Source of the DNA: Octopus vulgaris
Lineage: Eukaryota
Assembly (NCBI GenBank): GCA_951406725.2
Contig: OX597824.1
Span: 99,882,001-99,946,000, forward strand
Length of the DNA: 64,000 nt
Direction of reading: 5' to 3'
The notes under the pieces are model-generated. The model did not search any database. It was not told the DNA's origin and saw only the letters and a program-made list of their open reading frames with translations. The position numbers and the translations under genes were made by a program. Shown here piece by piece: positions 1 to 9,320 of this stretch. How positions within the stretch are numbered: position 1 is the first letter of the stretch; every line of letters begins with the position of its first letter.

Positions 1-800
1 TCATACTAGCATCCAAGGCCCATGTTTCACTGCCATGTAGCATGGCAATTCGCACACATGCATTGTACAGTCTACCTTTCACCCTGAACGAGAGGCCCTT
101 AGTTGCCAGCAGAGGTAGGAGCTCCCTGAACTTTGCCTAGGCTATTCTTACTCTAGTCGCTACACTCTCAGAGTAACCACCTCCACTACAGACTTGGTTG
201 CCTAGGTAGCAGAAGCAAATAACTAATTCTAGTTTTTCCCCCTGGCATATGATGAAATCTATTTTCTGTACATCTTCAGTGTTTATTACCCCAGTGCATC
301 TACCACACACAAAAACTATTTTCCTGGTTAACCTTCCTTTGATATTGCTGCACCTTTTATGTGTCCATAGCTTACACTGGGTACATCGTATGGAATTTCT
401 ACCCATGCCTTTTCTACAGATTGAGCAGGGCCATCTATCTGAAGGGGGTTGTGATTTGACAGCCTTCTTACTTACTAAGAGTTTGGTTTTTGCTAGGTTA
501 ACCCTAAGACCCTTCAATTCTAGACATTGCTTCCACACCCTTAACTTCATCTCCAGTTCTGGCAGGGACTTGGCTATTAGAGCAAGGTCACCTCCCAGGA
601 GCAGCTTGTTTTGAATTCCTCTGTTATTGCCTGGAGGACGATAATGAATTAAGAGGGGGTTGAGGACTGATCCTTGGTGAACCCCTACTTCTACTCGAAA
701 TTCTTCACTATACTTGTTGCCAACCCTCACTTTACTGATAGCATCCCTGTACAGGGCTTGTACAGCTCTTACCAGCCACTTGTCTATCCCCAGTTTCCAC
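1..800 (-). mobile_element. RTE-clade LINE (PHD-containing RT family), decayed fragment
   Basis: ORF 137-730 is homologous to 5284-7005 (VGVHQGSVL, WPCSICRKG...WTHKRC, CFCYLG), frameshifted. Confidence 0.92.
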
Positions 801-1059
801 GTATATATATATAATATGTGTGTGTGTGTTTCTTTTGCATGTATTACCCTACCCCATTGAGATGCTGTTGCTTTTTCAAATTATAGGTTTTTCTCAATAC
901 TTACACAGTTATACATTAACATTGCTTGCCTAGTAGACCATATACATCTCATTCCTCTGAAGCTACTGAGGTTTCCGGCATATTACATTGTCATAAATAA
1001 TAGTTGAAATTTAACTCTATCAAATGTTGATTTTGATGGTAATTTTTCCAATCTCACAG

Positions 1060-1151
1060 GTCAGTGTTTCCTGGAAGTGTCAAAGGATTTAGAAAGTGTA
1101 TATTCTTATTATTGTGTCAACATCACTTCTGCCCTGGAATATGAAAGTGAG
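1060..1151 (+). CDS. Tuba/DNMBP-ARHGEF37/38-like RhoGEF, first exon in window (DH domain); upstream exons lie outside the window
   Basis: ctcacAG|...GAG|GTaagt; translates (G)QCFLEVSKDLESVYSYYCVNITSALEYESE, typical DH helix motif CFL...Y..YC.N; phase 1 in, phase 0 out. Confidence 0.85.
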
Positions 1152-1622
1152 GTAAGTCTCTTGGACGATACAACTGTATAATTTGAATGATTATTTTAAG
1201 ATGTATCCTGTGTCAAAACATTTAGCTCGATAATTCTATTATTTTTTTTCTTAATCCTTTGAATTTTTCCTTGTTTTATTACTAGCAACAGCTCTACCAC
1301 TTCACTCAGCTCTACTCCATTTCCAGCAATAATCTTCACTCCACCAACCGACTCAAACTGCTTCTCTCCTATTAATACTCACTTGATGCCTACTAATACT
1401 ATGATGATCTCTCTTTTAAGTTGTTATTGATGTTGGTGGTAGTGGCCAAAATAAGTTTGTATCCTGGTTGGTGGCACAGTGGTGGTTGCACATAATGAAG
1501 CAGTTTCAGTGTCAGAAACTTGAATTTAGAATAAATATTGCACGAACGGACACCATAAATTGGTGAGAAATTAACACCATGGTACAAATTGTGGTTTAAT
1601 TGAAATTTGTTTTTCTCTTTAG

Positions 1623-1772
1623 GTAGCACAGCATCCTCTGATTTTGGACAAAATCAAGCAGTTAACCGATCATTACCAGAACACAAATCAAATAATTACT
1701 CTAAATTCCTTGCTAACAAAGCCTGTACAAAGAATCACTAAATATCATTTATTACTTGAATCTCTGCTAGAG
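1623..1772 (+). CDS. RhoGEF exon 2 (DH conserved region 3)
   Basis: ttctctttAG|...GAG|GTgag; VAQHPLILDKIKQLTDHYQNTNQIITLNSLLTKPVQRITKYHLLLESLLE contains the DH signature L..LL.KPVQRI.KY.LLL. Confidence 0.95.
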
Positions 1773-2535
1773 GTGAGCCTTAATTTTACTATTGGCAACA
1801 CTTAATTTCATATATTTATTCTGTACTGTGACATTGTTGAATAGATAAGATATTGAAGTTTCAGCATAGAGGGTGTGAACCCCAACTGGAATTTCACTAA
1901 ATAGAATATCAGTCGACAAAGTTTGGACAGATGTATTATATTGACTAAATGTGCAACAGCAGTTATCCTAAATGTTCACTGCCATTTTTTTCTGAATAAG
2001 TAAACTAATTGGCCCTATCCTCAGTAGCTTTTTAAAAGTTTAAAAAAAAAACAGTTCAAGGCCTACCCACTTGATGTTGGCCTTGCTTTGTCTTAGAATA
2101 TTTTATTTAGATATCTGGTGATTACACTTGCCATTCATTAATTTTCTAAAGAAAATTTGTTTTAGTATTTTTGTTTAATTCATGTAGCTGACATGCCCTG
2201 ATCAAAAGGTGAGTCATGAGAATCTTCAGTTGTAGATTAGGTCTTATGTACAACTTTCTGAAGTATTAAATCTTTGTTTTTCAATGTTTGAAATTATCTG
2301 TCATCCAATGTATTGTACTACTGCATTGTATTACCATTTCTCATGTTATATAACAGCCAGTTATCATTTTTTTAAATGTCACACTAATGTGCCATGCATC
2401 ATGTTAATATTAAGTGACCTCTCTTATTTCTTTCCTGGTGTGCTATAATTCTTTTCTATATTTTATGCTACTGTTGTCTTTTCTTAGCATATATGAACTG
2501 TGTGGATTATCTTATCAAAAGAACTTTGTTTTTAG

Positions 2536-2641
2536 GTTACTGAAGAGAATCATATTGACTTCAGAGAACTGGACCAAGCCCACTCTTGCATGAAGAATGT
2601 TGCCAATAATGTGAATGAGAGTATACGAGCAAAGGAAATTG
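2536..2641 (+). CDS. RhoGEF exon 3 (end of DH domain)
   Basis: tttttAG|...G|GTaaat; VTEENHIDFRELDQAHSCMKNVANNVNESIRAKEI matches DH helix 6 (H.D...L..A...N.NE); phase 1 out. Confidence 0.92.
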
Positions 2642-3084
2642 GTAAATACAAATTTTTTGTTGTTTTGTTAAACTAGAATTGATTTCACATCATATATTTG
2701 TATGAGACAGATGTGGTAACATTTATTTTTATATATTTGTATCAAAAACAGTGAACTGACTTCAGCTGGAGAGTGAAACTAGTTCTTACATGTATTTGCT
2801 GTGAGTTTTAGACTCTCACTTCTTAACAAGTTCAGGGACTGGTAGCAACAGAGACAGCAACCCACTTCCTTTTTCTCATTTTCTTTCTCATCTTCTTGCA
2901 TCAAATATGGTTTTTATGATCATATCGATCTATTGTGCATTGACAAAAAAAGATTGGGGGACAAAATCAAGGTTCACTTCTATAATCAAGTTAGTATTAC
3001 TCTATATTAGTATTTGTATAGTTCAATTGAAGAATTAAAACATTAAACAGAAAGCTTTATGATTATAAAAATAGTTATTAGTTT

Positions 3085-3733
3085 AATTGGGCTAGGCATC
3101 AGATGTAGTGTGCAAGAGAGACAACAGCACTGGTATGGTCAGGTGATGCATAGGCTGTGGACAGCTATGTGAGGAAGTGCTGATCTCTATTAGTGGAAGG
3201 AAGCTATGGAAGAGAGAGACTCAGAAAGACATGAGATGAGGTGGTTAAGCAAGATCTTCGAATGTTGGGCATCATGGAGGCAATGACTAGTGACTGAGAC
3301 CTTTGGTAATAAGTCATGCTTAAGAAGATTTGTCACGCCAAGTGAAATCATAGTTATGGCTGTTGTTGCTATCATGTAGCTGACACCCATGCTGGTGGCA
3401 TGTAAAAAGCACCTTTCAAGTGTTGGGCCTCACGGATGCAATGACAAATGACCCAGACCTTTGTCAATATACTGTGCTTGATAAGACCCATCAAGCCAAG
3501 TGAAATCATAGTTGTGGCAGATACTGGTGTCACAGCTGGTACCCGTGCTGGTGGTACATAAAAGCACCCATTACACTCTCAGAGTGGTTGGTGTTAGGAA
3601 GGGCATCCAGCCATAGAAATCATGCCAAATCAGACTGGAGTCTGGTGCAGCCCCTCAACTTTACAGCTCTGGTCAAACTGTCCAACCCCTGCCAGCATGG
3701 ACAATGGAAATTAAATGATGATGATGATGATTG
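3085..3733 (+). mobile_element. RTE-PHD family 3' fragment with tail
   Basis: End of ORF (VQERQQHWYG...), 3' UTR modules, ggaagggcatccag box, (GAT)n tail. Confidence 0.85.
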
Positions 3734-3735
3734 CA

Positions 3736-3747
3736 TTATTATAAGTA

Positions 3748-3797
<50 letters not shown>

Positions 3798-3803
3798 ATT
3801 ATT
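3736..3803. repeat. (ATT)n microsatellite (tail of the adjacent minus-strand element)
   Basis: Direct inspection. Confidence 0.9.
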
Positions 3804-4290
3804 GAGTGAGAGAACAGCGCATGCCATCAAAGTGACACTGGGGTAAAATATATGAAGCCCAGTATACCCATCATATACCCGTCTGATAAGGGTGCACCAG
3901 GCACATGCATCACAACCAGTTAGAATTTTCTTCAGGTCGAGTAGCCCATCCTGCTCAAAAGGTCCTTGAATAAGGATTGTTTAAGGATGTTGAACGAAAC
4001 ACCCATGTTTCCAGAGGTAAATTATTCAAACCCCAAAGAATTCCTCTCCACACATGGCTATGATGCTCCCCCACTACTTCTGCTCATGATCAGAGATGCA
4101 CATATCGTCAGCCGCCAAGAGACATTCTCAAGTGATTATGGTCAAACAACTGACAAGCAAATCTGTGGTATTGAGCAGAATATTTGCTGTAGCCCATCTT
4201 TTATACCAACACAAAACAATGTACATGATAACACTTCCAATCAGTTAAGATCAGAAGCCCTGAGAGCCACTGTGTGGTTCTGCATCAGGG
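3804..4290 (-). mobile_element. Unclassified interspersed retro-repeat with (AAT)n tail
   Basis: A second, opposite-orientation copy lies at about 28575-28866 (ccagtgtcactttgatg, gggctact.gacctgaagaaaattctaac). Confidence 0.65.
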
Positions 4291-4599
4291 TATTTATTAC
4301 TACTACTACTACTACTACTATGCTGACGACGATGGTGGTGGCGATGACGACGACGATAACTGGGTTCCAACCTGGGCCACAGTAACAAAGTCCACTCATC
4401 ACACTTTTCAGTGCAACATGAAGGTCTTGGATACATTCCATGCCAGTGTCTGTGATCAAGTTGTCACTGTAATTGTGACATTTTCCTCTTTTTACATCAC
4501 CATAAAGTGGATTCCACAAGACTAATTTGGATGCTTCCATATAGTGACCAGATAGTTACGGTCCTCTTTGCCTGATCTTCTCACTATCGATTGGCACGT

Positions 4600-4782
4600 C
4601 TCCATAAAGTACTTAGGTGTTTGGGTGAGCAGTTCAGAAGCAGACATCAAGATCAGGAAGGCTCAAGCATGGACAGCATGTCACAAACTAAAGAAGGTCT
4701 GCCACTCTAAATTACGCAGGCAAATCAAAATCCAGCTGTTCATTGCAACTGTTGAATCAGTGCTATTATATGACAGTGAAGC
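4600..4782 (+). mobile_element. Fragment of a different RTE-like LINE (RT thumb region)
   Basis: KYLGVWVSSSEADIKIRKAQAWTACHKL...FIATVESVLLY.SE. Confidence 0.75.
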
Positions 4783-5283
4783 TGCTGTGTGTTTTACTTT
4801 GCCTTATCTAGGGAATAGGGCATCTCAGCCATTTTGGGTTGGTCACAAGGGTATCACTGCTGCACCCTATAAATTAACGCCCTTAAGTTCCTCTACCTCA
4901 TATTTGTGATACCTCATGAAGTGAACATTACAAAGAAAAATGTTCAGATAACTTTTGTTTGTCCAACCTAGCATACTTTTCAGTGCTCTTATTATTATTA
5001 TTATTATTCATTTATTTATCTATTTACCTATAAAGCTTTGTCTATTTCATGTGATATGTTATAGTAAAGAAATCCAAATGTTCAGTTCTGTTTCAGTTTA
5101 TAGCACTCGTATTATTATTATTATTATTATTATTATTTGAGGTATTTCGTGTTGCAAGACAGTGTGTGAGAGAGAATTGTGATGTGGTAGGAGAGAAATG
5201 TGTTCGCATGGAGGATGATTCACTTGCGCTAAATGAGGATGCAAAGAGAGAAGCTTGGAGACGCCACTATGAAAGGTTGCTGA

Positions 5284-7005
5284 ATGAGGAAAATGAATAG
5301 GAATAAAGAGAGTCTGCCGAATGTTGACCCAACAGAGGGACCAGCTATCCGAGTTGATAGTTCCGTGGTAGCTAAGGCAATTAGAAGCATGAAGACAGGG
5401 AAAGCCCCAGGCCCATCAGGAATTACTGCAGAGATGCTCAAAATATCTGGTAGTGTCGGCTATAGCATAGTCACCCGTATAGTTAACCAGGTGATACACG
5501 AAGGAGTCATACCCAATGACTGGTGTAGCAGCATAATAGTCAACTGCTACAAAGGTAAAGGCGATGCCCTAGATACAAATAACTACAGGGGCATCAAGCT
5601 GTTGGATCAGGTAATGAAGGTTACGGAGAGGGTTATAGCCCAGTTAATTAGAGAGAGAGTTAGCTTAGATGATATGCAGTTTGGGTTCGTGCCAAGGAAA
5701 AGTACTACTGATGCTATATTCCTGGTAAGACAGCTGCAGGAGAAATACCTAGCCAAAGGTAAGCCCTTGTACCTGGCTTTTGTTGACTTAGAGAAAGCCT
5801 TTGACAGGGTCCCCCGATCCCTTATCTGGTGGTCAATGAGGAAACTAGGGATAGATGAATGGTTAGTGAGAGCTGTGCGAGCCATGTACAGAGACGCAGC
5901 TAGTAAGGTGAGGGTTGGCAACGAGTACAGTGAAGAATTCCGGGTAGAGGTTGGGGTCCACCAAGGTTCAGTCCTCAGCCCCCTCCTATTTATCATAGTC
6001 CTCCAGGCAATAACGGAAGAATTTAAGACAGGATGCCCCTGGGAGCTCCTATATGCTGATGACCTTGCTCTAATTGCTGAGTCACTATCAGAACTGGAGG
6101 AGAAGTTTCAGGTGTGGAAACAAGGATTAGAATCGAAGGGCCTTAGAATCAACCTAGCCAAAACCAAAGTCCTAATAAGTAGGAAGGTGGACCAACCACA
6201 AACGACTTCAGGTAGATGGCCCTGCTCGATCTGTAGAAAAGGTGTAGGTAGAAACTCTATAAGGTGCACCAAGTGTAAGCTATGGACACATAAGAGGTGC
6301 AGCAATGTCAAAGGTAGGCTAACTGGGAAGATAGTTTTCGTATGTGGCAGATGCTCAGGAGAAATAAACACTGGAAATGTGCAGAGACCAACTTCTACCA
6401 CGTTCCAGGGAGACAAACTAGAAGTAGTTGATAGCTTCCGCTACCTAGGAGACCAAGTTAGTAGCTGGGGTGGGTGTGCTGAAAGTGTAACTGCTAGAGT
6501 AAGAATAGCCTGGGCAAAGTTTAGAGAGCTCTTACCCCTGCTGGTGACAAAAGGCCTCTCGCTCAGAGTAAAAGGCAGACTTTATGATGCATGTGTACGT
6601 ACAGCCATGCTACATGGTAGTGAAACATGGGCCGTGACTGCTGAGGATATGCGTAAGCTCGCAAGAAATGAAGCCAGTATGCTCCGATGGATGTATAATG
6701 TCAGTGTTCATAATCGTCAGAGTGTAAGTACCTTGAGAGAAAAGTTGAACCTAAGAAGCGTCAGTTGTGGTGTGCAAGAGAGACGGCTGCGCTGGTATGG
6801 TCATATGACGAGAATGGCTGAAGATAGTTGTGTGCAAAAGTGCTACACCCTAGCAGTTGAGGGAACCTGTGGAAGAGGTAGACCCAGGAAAACCTGGGAC
6901 GAAGTGGTGAAGCACGACCTACGAACTTTAGGTCTCACCAAGGAAATGACTAGAGACCGAGACCTATGGAAGTATGCTGTGCGTGAGAAGACCCGGCAAG
7001 ACTAG
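5284..7005 (+). CDS. Non-LTR retrotransposon reverse transcriptase (RTE clade), endonuclease lost by truncation
   Basis: 573-aa ORF with all RT motifs and a C4HC3 zinc finger at 6223-6354; the true reading frame is broken just upstream at about 5300. Confidence 0.9.
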   Translation: MRKMNRNKESLPNVDPTEGPAIRVDSSVVAKAIRSMKTGKAPGPSGITAEMLKISGSVGYSIVTRIVNQVIHEGVIPNDWCSSIIVNCYKGKGDALDTNNYRGIKLLDQVMKVTERVIAQLIRERVSLDDMQFGFVPRKSTTDAIFLVRQLQEKYLAKGKPLYLAFVDLEKAFDRVPRSLIWWSMRKLGIDEWLVRAVRAMYRDAASKVRVGNEYSEEFRVEVGVHQGSVLSPLLFIIVLQAITEEFKTGCPWELLYADDLALIAESLSELEEKFQVWKQGLESKGLRINLAKTKVLISRKVDQPQTTSGRWPCSICRKGVGRNSIRCTKCKLWTHKRCSNVKGRLTGKIVFVCGRCSGEINTGNVQRPTSTTFQGDKLEVVDSFRYLGDQVSSWGGCAESVTARVRIAWAKFRELLPLLVTKGLSLRVKGRLYDACVRTAMLHGSETWAVTAEDMRKLARNEASMLRWMYNVSVHNRQSVSTLREKLNLRSVSCGVQERRLRWYGHMTRMAEDSCVQKCYTLAVEGTCGRGRPRKTWDEVVKHDLRTLGLTKEMTRDRDLWKYAVREKTRQD

Positions 7006-7159
7006 TCAGGCCATAACCCGTGGCCCCTACCTAGGACGTAGTCAGTCCACCTGTGCATACCTTCCTTCTTGTGACACTTGTGAAGACCTGTTGAGGCAAG
7101 TGAAAATCAAATCAAACAAAATCAAAATAGATGAAAATCAATGGAATTTGTATCTTTGT

Positions 7160-8575
7160 GGTACCAGTGCCGGTGGCACACAAGAATACCATCCGAACGT
7201 GGCCGTAGCCAGTACCGCACCGACTGGCCTCCATGCTGTGGGCACGTAACAATCACCATCCAATCGTGGCCGATCGCCAGCCTAATCTGGCTCCTGTGTC
7301 GGTGGCACATAAAAAACACCATCCGAGCGTGGTCGTCTGCTAGCCTTGTCTGGCACCTGTGTCGGTGGCACATAAAAACACCATCCGAGCGTGGCCGTTC
7401 GCCAGCCTCGTCTGGCACCTGTGTCGGTGGCACATAAAAAACACCATCCGAGCGTGGTCGTCTGCTAGCCTTGTCTGGCACCTGTGTCGGTGGCACATAA
7501 AAACACCATCCGAGCGTGGCTGTTCGCCAGCCTCGTCTGGCACCTGTGTCGGTGGCACATAAAAAACACCATCCGAGCGTGGTCGTCTGCTAGCCTTGTC
7601 TGGCACCTGTGTCGGTGGCACATAAAAACACCATCCGAGCGTGGCCGTTCGCCAGCCTCGTCTGGCACCTGTGTCGGTGGCACATAAAAACACCATCCGA
7701 GCGTGGTCGTCTGCCAGCCTTGTCTGGCACCTGTGTCGGTGGCACATAAAAACACCATCCGAACGTGGCCGTTCGCCAGCCTCGTCTGGCACCTGTGTCG
7801 GTGGCACATAAAAACACCATCCGAGCGTGGCCGTTCGCCAGCCTCGTCTGGCACCTGTGTCGGTGGCACATAAAAACACCATCCGAGCGTGGTCGTCTGC
7901 CAGCCTTGTCTGGCACCTGTGTCGGTGGCACATAAAAACACCATCCGAGCGTGGCCGTTCGCCAGCCTCGTCTGGCACCTGTGTCGGTGGCACATAAAAA
8001 CACCATCCGAGCGTGGTCGTCTGCTAGCCTTGTCTGGCACCTGTGTCGGTGGCACATAAAAACACCATCCGAGCGTGGCTGTTCGCCAGCCTCGTCTGGC
8101 ACCTGTGTCGGTGGCACATAAAAAGACCATCCGAGCGTGGTCGTCTGCTAGCCTTGTCTGGCACCTGTGTCGGTGGCACATAAAAACACCATCCGAGCGT
8201 GGCCGTTCGCCAGCCTCGTCTGGCACCTGTGTCGGTGGCACATAAAAACACCATCCGAGCGTGGTCGTCTGCCAGCCTTGTCTGGCACCTGTGTCGGTGG
8301 CACATAAAAACACCATCCGAACGTGGCCGTTCGCCAGCCTCGTCTGGCACCTGTGTCGGTGGCACATAAAAACACCATCCGAGCGTGGCACGTTCGCCAG
8401 CCTCGTCTGGCACCTGTGTCGGTGGCACACCTGTGTCGGTGGCACAAAACACCATCCGAGCGTGGTCGTCTGCCAGCCTTGTCTGGCACCTGTGTCGGTG
8501 GCACATAAAAACACCATCCGAGCGTGGCCGTTCGCCAGCCTCGTCTGGCACCTGTGTCGGTGGCACATAAAATCA
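7160..8575 (+). repeat. 62-63-bp minisatellite (about 22 units) in the LINE 3' UTR
   Basis: Unit CCATCCGAGCGTGGCCGTTCGCCAGCCTCGTCTGGCACCTGTGTCGGTGGCACATAAAAACA, largely alternating with a GTGGTCGTCTGC variant. Confidence 0.97.
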
Positions 8576-9320
8576 CCCACTACACTCTCGGAGTGGTTGG
8601 CGTTAGGAAGGGCATCCAGCTGTAGAAACACTGCCAGATCTGACTGGCCTGGTGCAGCCTTCGGGCTCCCCAGACACCAGTTGAACCGTCCAACCCATGC
8701 TAGCATGGAAAGCGGACGTTAAAGGATGATGATGATGATGATGATTATTATTAGTATTTATTCACCCATTTTATCTATAAAACTTTGTCTATCCTATACT
8801 GTATATTATAGCAAAGTTAAGAAACCCAAATGTTCGATTTTGTTTACTGTAGCCATAAATCTTGTTAATTTTAATCTCTTCATTTGTTTTGTTACCCACT
8901 CTCTTATCCAAATGTTCTATTGTTTCCTCTACTGTAGCCCTAATTCTTGAAAATTTCATATCTCTCTTTCTCTCTCGATGTCTATATATATTCGCTTTGT
9001 TGCCTACTACATTTTCACTCACTCATATTATGTCTGTATCTTTGCTTTCCCATGTTGAATGTTAATTAGCAGCTTTTGCTTTGTTTGTGGACACTTCACA
9101 TTGCTAGGGAATGAGGCAGCCAAGGTGTTTCGTTGTTTTCAGTGCACCCTCCCCCCACCACCTGCTCTGGAAATCTTCCTCATCTAACCTCTACCAGAAG
9201 TTTTTCTCCTAGCACCTCTAATGCTTACCTATATGGTACCCTCTCTCCTGCTTCCATCCATATCTAGTGACTATCTCTTAGTAAATGTAACAAAAATGTA
9301 CATGTGTGCTTTCTTTTCAG

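Larger units (their letters stand above)
5138..8743 (+). mobile_element. Young 5'-truncated RTE-clade LINE with open RT, internal PHD finger, 3' UTR tandem array and (GAT)n tail
   Basis: ORF 5284-7005: KAPGPSGI, NYRGIKLL, FVDLEKAFD, QGSVLSP, YADD, FRYLG, RLRWYGH, GRGRPRKTW; inserted in (ATT)n. Confidence 0.95.

Noticed and set aside
7160-8575. CRISPR-like array
   Set aside because: Units are fully repeated with no unique spacers; no cas genes; eukaryotic intron context; derived from a LINE UTR
7340-8706. Cys/His-rich repetitive proteins (MCHRHRCQTRL...)
   Set aside because: Antisense translations of the 62-bp minisatellite
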